Shown here: piece by piece, positions 46,322-56,337 of the stretch
Numbering within the stretch: the stretch's first letter is position 1
Layout of the letters: each line of letters begins with the position of its first letter
Virus record (IMG/VR): IMGVR_UViG_3300021197_001752
Coordinates: 1 to 64,000 of that record
Source: a virus
Length of the DNA stretch: 64,000 bases
Strand: one strand, 5' to 3'
Notes under the pieces: model-generated
Told to the model about the DNA's origin: nothing
The model's database searches: none
The model's input: only the letters and a program-made list of their open reading frames with translations
Translations under genes and position numbers: made by a program

Positions 46322-47035
46322 TTATACCTCGCCTTCAAGCCATCTTTTTCTAAAGTCAGCATATTTTTGTCGTAGTCTCTTTAGGCTGCTTACTATCTGC
46401 TTTGTATTCAGCCCAGTGATCTCACGCATGTATAAGTAAATAGCTTTTTTATTAAAAATCTCGATCTGTTCGATGTTATTCATTAGGGTTTGTATAGCAT
46501 CTAATACTTTTCTTTCGTTTTCTCGAAGATCTTCGTCGCCCCATTTACTCACCTCTGTTAGCAAAAAAGCCCAAAACTGATGATCTTCTAAGCTGTCTTC
46601 TATGGTGCCCTTAGCATTATTGTTGACTATATCAATTTCTTTTATTACTGAACCGAATTCAATCTCTCGCTTATTTCTCTTAGTTTGCTTTTTAGCTTTA
46701 TGGGTGAACCAATTTTTTGTGACAACTGAAAAATAAGAAAAAGCCTTAGTCCCACGGTCTGGATTGTATTTATCCAAAATTGTCGTGAGCCATATTTTGC
46801 AATCTTCTTTATGATTGTCCACATTTTGTAAAGAAGTAAACTTATATGTGTAAACTATCTTGTCTACCAACTCATTAAAGGCTGGTTGTATATGCTCAAT
46901 ATATAAACTGGTTCTCAGTTTGAGGTCGTCGGTTCTAGCATATTCCACAATTGCCATTTCAGTATCTTTTGTAAAGTAATGGTTTTTTTTGCTTTTATTT
47001 CTCTTACCTCTGGTCTTAGTATTAGTCTTCTGCAT
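46322..47035 (-). CDS. Phage RNA polymerase sigma factor (gp55-like late sigma)
   Basis: YFT..E.AI.Y; LDKYNPDRGTKAFSYFSVVTKN region-2 motif; C-terminal HTH-like segment. Confidence 0.75.
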   Translation of the reverse strand: MQKTNTKTRGKRNKSKKNHYFTKDTEMAIVEYARTDDLKLRTSLYIEHIQPAFNELVDKIVYTYKFTSLQNVDNHKEDCKIWLTTILDKYNPDRGTKAFSYFSVVTKNWFTHKAKKQTKRNKREIEFGSVIKEIDIVNNNAKGTIEDSLEDHQFWAFLLTEVSKWGDEDLRENERKVLDAIQTLMNNIEQIEIFNKKAIYLYMREITGLNTKQIVSSLKRLRQKYADFRKRWLEGEV

Positions 47036-47321
47036 CTTGTAGGTTCCCTTCTTCCTCGTCTAGAGAAAATAGGACTCTATATTCTTCTAGGTATTGTTTT
47101 GTATCAGTAGAGTGTCGAAGTAGGTTGAGGATAACCTCATCACCAAAATATGCTTCCATTTCACTAACGTCTTTTACATGCTTAGAATATTCATCTAATA
47201 CCGAGTTTATATCTTCAAACCCTTGGGATAAAGCGTTAAATCTAATCAACATCTCTCGTATGTACCACACAATTGCTATGTCGAATAACAAATGGATTGC
47301 TAATAATAACCAACCTATCAT
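47022..47321 (-). CDS. Small protein with N-terminal TM helix
   Basis: MIGWLLLAIHLLFDIAIVWY followed by a coiled-coil-like segment. Confidence 0.6.
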   Translation of the reverse strand: MIGWLLLAIHLLFDIAIVWYIREMLIRFNALSQGFEDINSVLDEYSKHVKDVSEMEAYFGDEVILNLLRHSTDTKQYLEEYRVLFSLDEEEGNLQDAED

Positions 47322-47572
47322 TTATATTCTTTTTCTTTTGTGGAGTGCTTCTTGTACTTTTTCATCTCTTCTATAGTTTCTGATATTGTGTCTTTGACTT
47401 TTTTACCTGCTTTATCATTTGCAGCAGTTTTTTTATGTATAAAGACTTTACTGATGATTCTTTTTATGTCAGTACTCTTACAAAGTGTGCACTCCTGCAA
47501 TTTTTCTTTATGATGGTGCATTGCATCAAAGCCCTCCTCGCAGGAGGCACACTCGTAAGAATATCTCGGCAT
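47318..47572 (-). CDS. FmdB-family zinc-ribbon protein
   Basis: MPRYSYECASC...F..C.LC.S....R.IS. Confidence 0.85.
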   Translation of the reverse strand: MPRYSYECASCEEGFDAMHHHKEKLQECTLCKSTDIKRIISKVFIHKKTAANDKAGKKVKDTISETIEEMKKYKKHSTKEKEYK

Positions 47573-47790
47573 TACTCAGTTTCAAATACTGGTTTAGTCT
47601 GTGTCACTTGTGCCTTGACTGTTGGTGGGTTCTGTACCATAAGTTCGCCCCCTTTAGTGCCCCAACGCTTCGTGTCAGGTGTCTTGGCAAACTCAAATGA
47701 TTCCAGAATAGGTACAATATCAGTTTGGTCCATCAGACTGTTTTGAAGTGCCATCATAATGGCACCCATTGCTTGATTACTAAGCTTCAT
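47572..47790 (-). CDS. Hypothetical protein
   Basis: GGAGGAG RBS; first gene after a sigma70 promoter. Confidence 0.7.
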   Translation of the reverse strand: MKLSNQAMGAIMMALQNSLMDQTDIVPILESFEFAKTPDTKRWGTKGGELMVQNPPTVKAQVTQTKPVFETE

Positions 47791-47823
47791 TTTTTTCTCC
47801 TCCCATAATAGGGTTTTGTTTTT

Positions 47824-47852
47824 ACTATAAGATAATATACTACTTTTGTCAA
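47824..47852 (-). promoter_or_regulatory. Sigma70 promoter for the sigma-factor operon
   Basis: TTGACA (47847-47852), 17 bp, TATAGT (47824-47829), intergenic. Confidence 0.8.
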
Positions 47853-47856
47853 GTTG

Positions 47857-48846
47857 TTAAGTATTGTTTATTATATCGCAAATATATTGAGACGCTTTAC
47901 CATCGCCATAAGGACATACCTCTTTGGATAGGTCTACTTTAGTAGCCCAAGTGTCTACTAGATTTTCTAAACATTTTGGTTCTTTGCAGAGAACCGAAAA
48001 AGTATCGAGGCCTTCCACTCTTTCTGTAAAGTCACGGCAAACAATACATGGTTTCTTGAGGAAAGCAGCTTCTTCCTGTACACCTCCACTATCAGTTATT
48101 ATAAATGCACAAGTTGAAAGTTGCTCTATGAATTCTGCATGTCCTAGCGGATCTATAACATTTACGTCAGTTAGGATACTAGAATGCTTTTTAACTTCTG
48201 GGTTGGGGTGGATTGGTAAAATAAACTCAAGGTCTTTATATTTTTGAGCTAAATTGTTTACTACCTTAAACCATTCCTGTATCTCATCTAACTTTTCACG
48301 ACGGTGTAATGTAACGACAACTTTATTAGATTTATGAATAGTCACGTCGGACAGGTTATCTAGAACAGTATTACCCACTATATGAATATTAGTACGACCT
48401 TCTTTTTTAAGATTACTGGCTGATATATCTGTTGGGCACAAATGGATTTCTGCTAGTGCAGAAATAGCACATCTATTAAACTCTTCTGGGTATGGACTGT
48501 ACTTGTCAAATGTTCTTAGTCCTGCTTCTAGGTGTGCTACTGGTATCTTTCTATGGAAAGCTGCCAATGCTGTTGCAAATGCAGAGGTAGTATCACCTTG
48601 CACCATTACACATGTTATATCGACAAATATTTCTTCTTTGTTTAATATTGATTGTATAATCGAATCTAATCGGTTACCGTTATCTAAAATTTCTAATACA
48701 TGATCTGGTTTATTTGCCTTCTTTAATAGGTCAGTGTGTTGTCCTGTGAAGAAGGATTTGAACGGCATGTTCCGCTTTTTCATTTCGTTTATCACAGGAA
48801 GTACTTTTATGTACTCGGGTCTTGTTCCGTAAGTTATAAGAAGCAT
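47857..48846 (-). CDS. wecB: UDP-N-acetylglucosamine 2-epimerase
   Basis: GTRPEYIK, TGQH, VQGDTT, HLEAGLRT, PEEFNR, TDSGGVQEEA. Confidence 0.95.
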   Translation of the reverse strand: MLLITYGTRPEYIKVLPVINEMKKRNMPFKSFFTGQHTDLLKKANKPDHVLEILDNGNRLDSIIQSILNKEEIFVDITCVMVQGDTTSAFATALAAFHRKIPVAHLEAGLRTFDKYSPYPEEFNRCAISALAEIHLCPTDISASNLKKEGRTNIHIVGNTVLDNLSDVTIHKSNKVVVTLHRREKLDEIQEWFKVVNNLAQKYKDLEFILPIHPNPEVKKHSSILTDVNVIDPLGHAEFIEQLSTCAFIITDSGGVQEEAAFLKKPCIVCRDFTERVEGLDTFSVLCKEPKCLENLVDTWATKVDLSKEVCPYGDGKASQYICDIINNT

Positions 48847-48848
48847 GT

Positions 48849-49250
48849 TTACTCGGTAAGGTATTTTACAACAAGGTCATGAATTTTCTCGTCAACATTT
48901 AGTTTCCAAGAATCGTCGCCTTCAGTAATTTTAGTTCTAATATCAGTCGCAGAAATAAATCCGATGTCTTTAGGTGGTACATGTTCTATAATGCCATACC
49001 CGACGCCACGTCCATAATTCACAGAATCTATGTCTGGTATAACCATCACCACTACATCATGATCTTCATATGCCTTTTCTAACATCTCTACTGTCTGTTC
49101 TGTAGTAAAGGGGTTTTTGTCGTCAGGTGGAATATCTCTGACACATATCAAAACAGGTAAGCCCTCATCAAGCTTTTGTGACATAAGCCATTTATGACCA
49201 TTATGAAACGGTTGCCACCTACCAATAAACATTGCTCTTCTGGTACTCAT
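48849..49250 (-). CDS. HxGH cytidylyltransferase-like nucleotidyltransferase
   Basis: FIGRWQPFHNGH..NPF..ISAT.IR. Confidence 0.85.
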   Translation of the reverse strand: MSTRRAMFIGRWQPFHNGHKWLMSQKLDEGLPVLICVRDIPPDDKNPFTTEQTVEMLEKAYEDHDVVVMVIPDIDSVNYGRGVGYGIIEHVPPKDIGFISATDIRTKITEGDDSWKLNVDEKIHDLVVKYLTE

Positions 49251-50194
49251 CGGTCTTCTCCTTCTAATAGATCTCTAACTGTGTCTGTCCAGTTTCTAAA
49301 TTTATATGCTCGATCATCAATATACGTGTCGGCTGGAATCTTGAAATTGGATACCTCATCAAAGTATTTTTTTAGACCTCTTTCCTCTAACCAGGCTTCG
49401 ATTACAGATGATGGTCGGGACGATAAGATTACTAACCTCTTACCAGCGTCTTTGAGAACCTCAAATGCAGCCTCTGCGCCGTCCATTGGGTCATCGTATG
49501 CGTTCATCAAACCCTTGAAACCTTGACTATATTTGTGTATCACACCATCAAAATCAATTGCAATAGTTCTTTTTTTGTCTAGCACATTAACCTCGCTTAT
49601 AGTGGAGAAATAACCACTCTCTTCTAGGTGCTCAACGATGTGATTGGCGCACTCTTCTACACTAAACTCTGCCGTATTCACAATGATTTCTGGACTTCTG
49701 GGCTTTTCATAAGGAGCACTAATACCAGTAAAATTAGGTATTTCTCCGCTTCTTGCTTTTTTATATAACCCCTTAGGATCTCTAGCCTCACACGTTTCTA
49801 GAGGAGCTTTTACGTGTATCTCTATAAAGTCTTTTCCAATTATTTCTCTTGCAAATTTTCTGCTCTTACGGTATGGTGAAATAAATGCTGTACACACTAT
49901 TGTGCCAGATTGTCTCAATAAATTAGCTACCTCTGAAATCCTTCGGATGTTCTCTTTTCTATCATCTGGTGAGAATCCAAGGTCGTTGTTGAGGCCAAGC
50001 CTAATATTATCCCCGTCAAGTGTGTGGGTCTGATACCCTTTTCGGAATAATAATAGTTCTACTGCATTGGCTAATGTAGATTTACCTGATCCTGATAAAC
50101 CAGTAAACCATAATACTGCTGGCTTATGTTTATTCTTCTGTATCTTCTCTTCAGTCGATACTGTTGTATTATGAAAGTGTAAGTTGTTTGTCAT
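49247..50194 (-). CDS. cysC: Adenylyl-sulfate kinase fused to a C-terminal HAD domain
   Basis: WFTGLSGSGKST, LDGDNIR, RDPKGLY, FTGISAPYE; then IDFDGVIH..YIDDRA. Confidence 0.92.
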   Translation of the reverse strand: MTNNLHFHNTTVSTEEKIQKNKHKPAVLWFTGLSGSGKSTLANAVELLLFRKGYQTHTLDGDNIRLGLNNDLGFSPDDRKENIRRISEVANLLRQSGTIVCTAFISPYRKSRKFAREIIGKDFIEIHVKAPLETCEARDPKGLYKKARSGEIPNFTGISAPYEKPRSPEIIVNTAEFSVEECANHIVEHLEESGYFSTISEVNVLDKKRTIAIDFDGVIHKYSQGFKGLMNAYDDPMDGAEAAFEVLKDAGKRLVILSSRPSSVIEAWLEERGLKKYFDEVSNFKIPADTYIDDRAYKFRNWTDTVRDLLEGEDR

Positions 50195-50397
50195 TTTTTT
50201 ACCCCAAACTTAGAGAAATTATACCACACTCTTTCATGGGCATAATATAGAAATATTTTTGTTATTAACTCAACAGCACCGATCTTCACGCCAATCATTG
50301 GGTCGCCAGATATTAGCCAACCCAACAACATTGTGTCTATTGTCCCAACAGCACGCCAGCTTATCGCTTTTGCCAAGTGTCTTTTCTTTGCTACCAT
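50191..50397 (-). CDS. DUF2061-like small membrane protein
   Basis: KAISWR..GT..K..LYY.HERVW. Confidence 0.85.
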   Translation of the reverse strand: MVAKKRHLAKAISWRAVGTIDTMLLGWLISGDPMIGVKIGAVELITKIFLYYAHERVWYNFSKFGVKK

Positions 50398-51344
50398 ACG
50401 AATGTTTTCTTACAATGCTTTACAATATGTATTATTTCTTCATCGAAATCAAACTTTGGCTCCCAGCCCAGTTTCCTCAACTTGCTATCGTCTACAGAAT
50501 ATCGAATATCTTGACCCTCCCTCTCATAAGAAAAGTCTAGATATTTATCATAATCAATGTTTTCTTCCTCTAGGTAGCAGTCTATCACCTTCTTGACCGT
50601 ATCAACGTTTTTTTGTTCAAACCCGCCAGATATATTGAAAATTTCATTTTTTGCGCCAGACTCCATAATAGTAATAATAGCGTTTGCAGTGTCTGCTGCA
50701 TGGAGCCAATTTCTAGTCGGTTCACCCTTGTTATGAAGTCTTATTTTTTTCCCTCTTTGTAATAGTTTTACAGACAAGGGAATTAACTTTTCTGGGTACT
50801 GAAATATACCATAGTTATTGGTAGGTCGGACAATCACATATTCTGTGCCATAAGTCCTATTCCATGATTTGATCAAATGATCTGCGGCTGCTTTGGTTGC
50901 TGAATATGGATTACTAGGGTTCAGAGAACTATCTTCTGTGAATGACCCGCTTTCAAGATCGCCGTATACCTCATCAGTGCTAAAGTGTAGTAAGATTGGT
51001 CTTTCGCAAACATTACTTGGTTTGTTCTGGATAATCTTTAGTAGATTTTGAACACCACTAATGTTTGTGTTGATAAAGTCTGTGTTATCAATTATACTGT
51101 TCCCAACATGCGATTCGGCAGCTAGATTTATTATGTAATCACAATCAGGGATAGTCTCAAGATCACAAATATCTTTTTGTAAAAAAGTAAAACCTGGTAA
51201 GTCCTTGAATGTTTGCACGGCTTCCATATTAGCCGCATATGTTAGTTTGTCTATACCCAGAACCAAATAGCCTCGTTGGAGTAATTCACTTGTAACATGT
51301 GAGCCAATTAACCCCATGCACCCTGTAACTGCCACTATCTTCAT
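50391..51344 (-). CDS. rfbB: dTDP-glucose 4,6-dehydratase
   Basis: TG..G.IGS, DKLTYA, AAESHV, STDEVYG, PYSATKA, PEKLIP. Confidence 0.9.
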   Translation of the reverse strand: MKIVAVTGCMGLIGSHVTSELLQRGYLVLGIDKLTYAANMEAVQTFKDLPGFTFLQKDICDLETIPDCDYIINLAAESHVGNSIIDNTDFINTNISGVQNLLKIIQNKPSNVCERPILLHFSTDEVYGDLESGSFTEDSSLNPSNPYSATKAAADHLIKSWNRTYGTEYVIVRPTNNYGIFQYPEKLIPLSVKLLQRGKKIRLHNKGEPTRNWLHAADTANAIITIMESGAKNEIFNISGGFEQKNVDTVKKVIDCYLEEENIDYDKYLDFSYEREGQDIRYSVDDSKLRKLGWEPKFDFDEEIIHIVKHCKKTFVW

Positions 51345-51775
51345 TTGCAATACCCCACGTAGTCACTGCACACACCATAAGCGTTTGTTGATAATACCAT
51401 GTCAGTCTCCTTTTTTGTATGACATACTATAACAGATCTTGGGGTAAGTTGTTTACCTGGATATGTCCAAATGAAACGATTACTTGTTATAGTGTAGTGA
51501 TCAGACTCGTGCCAAAAGCAATGGGCACCTATGTTTAATAGATGTTCTAGTGCCTCGATGTTTTTAGCATGGCACCATAATTTTGGGCGTAATAAGAAAT
51601 CTGTGGTTATAAGATGTGTTGGCTTATCATGACCTAGGTATATTTTATTATCAATAGACCACACGTCTATTTCCACGTCAAATCCTTGATTGATTACTTC
51701 AGCAATTTTTGCAGGGCTGTTCTCGGTTTCTTCTTCTGGTCCAAAAAGATTGCCCCTGTGAGATACTAATAACAT
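51341..51775 (-). CDS. Glycerophosphodiester phosphodiesterase-like (short)
   Basis: SHRGN..ENS..DVEIDV..LGHD..H.KN; start reassigned to MLLVSH. Confidence 0.7.
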   Translation of the reverse strand: MLLVSHRGNLFGPEEETENSPAKIAEVINQGFDVEIDVWSIDNKIYLGHDKPTHLITTDFLLRPKLWCHAKNIEALEHLLNIGAHCFWHESDHYTITSNRFIWTYPGKQLTPRSVIVCHTKKETDMVLSTNAYGVCSDYVGYCK

Positions 51776-51776
51776 A

Positions 51777-52652
51777 TTATTTGTAAAACTCCGCTCTAGT
51801 GTATGCCCAGTTGCACATACCACCATGGCTTACCACATGTCCCATACTATTGAAGTTATGCCAGCCATTGCTTCGACCCCAGTATATCTCTTCAAAATCA
51901 TACTTGAGGTCTAATATTTGTTGTTTATAGTTTTTCCAGTTTGGCTGCATCTGGTTATAATTCCACCTAAGATCACAAAATCCTATCTCGCCAATATCTC
52001 TAAATGAACAATACTCTTTTAGTAAATCTGGCCAGTTCTTATCTTCGTAGAGTAAAGCTTGTGGGTTGTAAGGCATAGGTGGGATTTTACCAGAAAAGTA
52101 TTTTACAAATGATATACCTGTGTGTCTTAAACCGTCAGCATGAAATGGTTCATTGTTTTTATCCCATATAGAGCCCAATAGATCAATCTCTCCATACATA
52201 AAGCAATCGCCAAATTTATACAGTTCTTTACCAGTCTGCTGTGTCAAGAGAATCATTTTATCTTCTGATTTTATTATGTCGTGGCAATACGATATAATAT
52301 CTTGCTTTGCTATTACAGAATCACCCCTGGTTTTTAGACAATAATCAAAACCTTTTTCTTTTGCGTGTTCTATTCCTAGTGATACAGATTTGTATTGGGC
52401 TGGCATATTGATTACAGTACCGCCGCTATCAACTGGGTGTAAGTCTTCCCAGATAACTTTATCGCAAATATCCTTTGTAGAGTTATAGGGCTCGTGTCCA
52501 TGTCCAACTAAAATTATGTACGCATCAGGATTATTGTTTCTTAAGCTTTGAATATTTGTATCTACTATTTCCTGTTTAGCTAAAAACCCAAGGCTACCTT
52601 GGGGGTCATAATCTGGAATGTGTATCTGCGATACAATACAATTATTTTTCAT
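51777..52652 (-). CDS. Putative glycosyltransferase-like protein
   Basis: GI..A...G.DY.LKTR.D pattern (WavE-like); cluster context. Confidence 0.5.
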   Translation of the reverse strand: MKNNCIVSQIHIPDYDPQGSLGFLAKQEIVDTNIQSLRNNNPDAYIILVGHGHEPYNSTKDICDKVIWEDLHPVDSGGTVINMPAQYKSVSLGIEHAKEKGFDYCLKTRGDSVIAKQDIISYCHDIIKSEDKMILLTQQTGKELYKFGDCFMYGEIDLLGSIWDKNNEPFHADGLRHTGISFVKYFSGKIPPMPYNPQALLYEDKNWPDLLKEYCSFRDIGEIGFCDLRWNYNQMQPNWKNYKQQILDLKYDFEEIYWGRSNGWHNFNSMGHVVSHGGMCNWAYTRAEFYK

Positions 52653-53271
52653 ACTGATACCCAAACAACTCTATGTCTTTTGCGTATAGTTTAGCAACTT
52701 CAGCGGCACTTTCTTCATCATAATGTTCTGTGTAATGCCCATGGTTAGTAGGTCTATGCTGTGTAGAAAATAAGTGTTGATAAAACTTAAACCCCAATTT
52801 GTTCATAAGGACTTTCATATCCGCTTGGATATTTTCTACCCTTAGGATCATATCGACGGCCCTATCCTCTGTATGAGTATAAACATGCTGAGGGAGAAAA
52901 TGAACATCATTTATCCACTTGCCTTCACCGATCCTCATAACAAAATCTTTAAAATCCTTATACTCAGACAATAACGGTTCATCATATCGTATCAAGCCAG
53001 AGTACTCATGTTTTCTATTTTGTGTAAAGTCCATATAGCCTGATAACAACCTAGACCAAGGATTCCTAACAGCAGCAAATGAATAATACCTGTGGTAGTC
53101 AGGCTTTATATTTAGGATCTGTTGGTAACTCATATGGTGTATATGTGGCTCTGGGTCGGACCTATCGTTACCCTTAAGTTCATATAAATCCTTGAGTAGC
53201 ACATGAATTGAAGACCCTGCTGCTTTTGGGTTGTGTACGAATATTATTTTCTTTTCATCATCTATAAACAT
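52642..53271 (-). CDS. Sulfotransferase (Sulfotransfer_2 family)
   Basis: FVHNPKAAGSSI (PAPS loop), VRNPWSRLLS.Y, HFLPQ, Y..D.ELFGY. Confidence 0.88.
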   Translation of the reverse strand: MFIDDEKKIIFVHNPKAAGSSIHVLLKDLYELKGNDRSDPEPHIHHMSYQQILNIKPDYHRYYSFAAVRNPWSRLLSGYMDFTQNRKHEYSGLIRYDEPLLSEYKDFKDFVMRIGEGKWINDVHFLPQHVYTHTEDRAVDMILRVENIQADMKVLMNKLGFKFYQHLFSTQHRPTNHGHYTEHYDEESAAEVAKLYAKDIELFGYQYEK

Positions 53272-53274
53272 ATT

Positions 53275-54054
53275 TTATCTATCATAATAACTTTGGACAT
53301 ATGGGTTCATAAAAGAAAATGTAGCTCCACACTGCGCCCAGCGAGCAATGTATTCTCCCAGTCTATTAATATCAAAAACTTTGAAATATTTATCAAATGT
53401 AGAATGTATATTTTCTTCTACGCCGTGCCAGGTATCCCTAGGTATTCCTGAGCCTATTAGGAAGATGTGCGCCAAAGAAACTTCAGCACTATTAAGCGTT
53501 TGGTCTATATCCTCCTCTTTCTCTAAACCTGGTAACACTATATGATCCCTGTAATATGCTAATGCTATCTTTAGACCATTGTGAATACTTTCTCTTTTGC
53601 AAGCATATATGTGGTCTCCTATGTGATAAGGTGAGCCCATATGAGCCCTCTTATAAAAAATATTACCACAAATAAATTTATGGCTTGATTTTCTAAGTTC
53701 TTTTTTGATAATCGAGAAATCTTCGTAATATTCATCCGAGCGCATTTTTATGATATAATCTGCCGATGATTTCTCTAGACCATTATATGTTGACAAACAA
53801 GCCCAGTAATATGTGGAACAACCAACGATTCCCTTGTACGGTTCACCAGTTGGATCAGCAGGTCGCTGAGGTAGCTCTTCTGATGTTATCACCACATTGT
53901 TATAATCTGATAGCTTCTCTATCCAAGTGCCTGAATCTTCATGGTCCCATGTAGAAATTATAACTTTGTTAAATTGTTTACACAACACATCCATCTTCGA
54001 TAAGAAGACATTGCTACCATCAATGGGTCCTTGAATGATTAGATCAATATTCAT
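53275..54054 (-). CDS. WavE-like polysaccharide synthesis protein
   Basis: IIQGP..IISTW..ST.NGL..Y.IKMRSD. Confidence 0.7.
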   Translation of the reverse strand: MNIDLIIQGPIDGSNVFLSKMDVLCKQFNKVIISTWDHEDSGTWIEKLSDYNNVVITSEELPQRPADPTGEPYKGIVGCSTYYWACLSTYNGLEKSSADYIIKMRSDEYYEDFSIIKKELRKSSHKFICGNIFYKRAHMGSPYHIGDHIYACKRESIHNGLKIALAYYRDHIVLPGLEKEEDIDQTLNSAEVSLAHIFLIGSGIPRDTWHGVEENIHSTFDKYFKVFDINRLGEYIARWAQCGATFSFMNPYVQSYYDR

Positions 54055-54055
54055 T

Positions 54056-54538
54056 TTACCTTGACAAATTCACATAAGTTGGTTTTCCATTATACATGAT
54101 ACCTTTAAATAAACGTTTCATATCTTCAGGGTCTTCAGGCCAGTGCTTTTCAATATTCTTGAATCCGCTAAGGTGTTCCTTGTCATCAGTCGCCCAATGT
54201 GACCAGCCTAACCAAAGATAATCTTTATCCCTACCCGCACCAATTAATTTGACTGGGATCTTCTCATAATCAACGTAGTTTCTAATAAATTCAAATGGTC
54301 GATACAATGTGAATGGCGTCATTGAATAACATACTACAAGCTTACCCTCTTGGGCTAAGCCAATACTCATCCCCATCATTAATTGTTCTGCTGCGCCTGG
54401 GTTGATAACTCTGTCTGGGAACTCTTCACGAATCTCATCAAAATGTCCATAACCTAAATCACCAACGACAAAAACAATATTTTCGTTTTCTTTCATTTCT
54501 TCATGTAATAAACTGACAAATGTTTTTCTAACGCTCAT
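54056..54538 (-). CDS. Transketolase-like pyrimidine-binding subunit
   Basis: GDLGYG..N.G.AEQ.M.G..GLA.EG..RPFEFIR..SH.A.D..P.Y. Confidence 0.88.
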   Translation of the reverse strand: MSVRKTFVSLLHEEMKENENIVFVVGDLGYGHFDEIREEFPDRVINPGAAEQLMMGMSIGLAQEGKLVVCYSMTPFTLYRPFEFIRNYVDYEKIPVKLIGAGRDKDYLWLGWSHWATDDKEHLSGFKNIEKHWPEDPEDMKRLFKGIMYNGKPTYVNLSR

Positions 54539-55172
54539 TATTCAACATCTCCGTACCTAGTTTGTAATCTTCCGCTGAAAGCTTGCAATAGTGTGCATCA
54601 AGATCTTTCAAAAATGGGAAATATGAGTTGACATCGGTTTTGTGAAAGTGTATCCTTGGCAAGAAAGCTTTACAGCGACGCTCAAGATACTCTACATCCA
54701 CTGGGTCATAACAAGCCCATCCATTAGCATTGACATAAATTTCCATATTGTCAACATTATATTCTTCTATGTATCTTAGTGCTTCCCAGACTGAACCTTC
54801 TGCACATTCTCCGTCGCTAACCATAACATGAACCTTGCGGTTCTTATTAGCCAGTGCCCGACCCACAGCGATCACTATACCAGAACCCAGGCTACCAGTT
54901 GATACATAAATGTGATTGTCCTCATCCCAATTAGGGTGTCCGCCGTGTTTTTCTACTAGAGCATCTGCGTCAATATGATCATAATATTTTTCTAATACCA
55001 CGTATAAAGCATAAGCAGCATGACCGTTTGATAACACAAATATATCATCTTCATTTTTGTTTTTGAAGATCTCGTCAATTATATCCACACATGTAAAGCA
55101 ACTCCCAACGTGTTCCTCGTTGTGATCATATAGAAGTTTTAACAATCTTTGGTGTAAGACTTTATCGCTCAT
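54528..55172 (-). CDS. Transketolase-like TPP-binding subunit
   Basis: H.GS..LS.GH..GHP..STGSLG.G..SDGEC.EGSVWEA..N. Confidence 0.88.
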   Translation of the reverse strand: MSDKVLHQRLLKLLYDHNEEHVGSCFTCVDIIDEIFKNKNEDDIFVLSNGHAAYALYVVLEKYYDHIDADALVEKHGGHPNWDEDNHIYVSTGSLGSGIVIAVGRALANKNRKVHVMVSDGECAEGSVWEALRYIEEYNVDNMEIYVNANGWACYDPVDVEYLERRCKAFLPRIHFHKTDVNSYFPFLKDLDAHYCKLSAEDYKLGTEMLNNER

Positions 55173-56335
55173 TTCATCCCCAATGTCTTGCTCATTCTGG
55201 TCATGTGACGTCCACCATCAAACGATGAGTTCTTCCATAATTTCACCATACTATCAAACGTAGACTCGCTAACATACTTACTAGGCACTGAGAACCAGTT
55301 GGCACAGTTGTGGGTCATCGCATGTTCCGCTGTATATTCATCAAATACTAAAGCTGCAATAGTGCCATTCATATTACTCGCTAATATATTTACACCCTGA
55401 CCTGTACGGCAAAAGCCGATGCCAAAGTCACAAATGTTGTTTTGGATTGCCCTAATCGCTTGAGATACATAATCATTGTAATCACAACTTTGATTTACAT
55501 AAGTACCAAAATCAACATAAGGTATATTATTAGCCTCTAATACTCTCCTGGCCATTTCTTTAGCCTCGAACCCTGAATGGTCGCAGGCGATAGCTATAGG
55601 CTTCTGTCCAAATCGTGGTGCTACATGATTGACAAAGAACTCCAACTCTTGTGGTGTTCCCAGGACATGCATTTTCTCTACCTGATGAATGCCAACTTTA
55701 GCACCGTCTCGGATCATATGATTATACATTGGACAGATATAGAACTCATTCTTTACACGAATATTCTTTTCGATCATCTCTTCCGCATACTGAATGAACA
55801 TCTTACCAGTCTTGTAATAATATACACCTACAGCAGCATTTTGGCTGATTACTTCCTTCTCAGCCGTTCTGGTTGCATAACCTTCCTCGTTCATTTCTAC
55901 ATAACTATGGGCTGGACTGTTCGCTTTGAACGTTAGCAAATATCCATCCATCTCTTCTGGCACAGAGGCTGGGTCAAACTGGTTTTCGTAATATACATCA
56001 GGCGTATAAATAAACAGAGGCAAATCATTGTCAATATATTCTCTAGCCAATAAACAGGTGGACACTGATCCATCGGTGATATGATCGACAACGACAATTT
56101 TTACGTCTTCACCAAATTTATCCCTCAATATTTGATCGATTGAGAAGTTGTGAATATGATCTAGGCGCACTGCAAAAATAAGATTGCAATCATCTACCTT
56201 GAATGCATCCATAGCCCAATCAATAACATGTCTGGTATTTGCCATGATTAGCGGCTTGGGCATAGTGTAGCCCTTATCTAAAAACCTCTGTGCTCTACCT
56301 GCTACAGGTAGCAATACGTTATATTTCTTTGTCAT
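55169..56335 (-). CDS. Sugar nucleotidyltransferase-like domain fused to RpiB/LacAB isomerase
   Basis: P.AGR.QRF..GY..PKPLI; C-terminal IACDHSG..D.G..DY..C.TGQG..HN.AN..FDGGRH..R. Confidence 0.85.
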   Translation of the reverse strand: MTKKYNVLLPVAGRAQRFLDKGYTMPKPLIMANTRHVIDWAMDAFKVDDCNLIFAVRLDHIHNFSIDQILRDKFGEDVKIVVVDHITDGSVSTCLLAREYIDNDLPLFIYTPDVYYENQFDPASVPEEMDGYLLTFKANSPAHSYVEMNEEGYATRTAEKEVISQNAAVGVYYYKTGKMFIQYAEEMIEKNIRVKNEFYICPMYNHMIRDGAKVGIHQVEKMHVLGTPQELEFFVNHVAPRFGQKPIAIACDHSGFEAKEMARRVLEANNIPYVDFGTYVNQSCDYNDYVSQAIRAIQNNICDFGIGFCRTGQGVNILASNMNGTIAALVFDEYTAEHAMTHNCANWFSVPSKYVSESTFDSMVKLWKNSSFDGGRHMTRMSKTLGMK

Positions 56336-56337
56336 CT

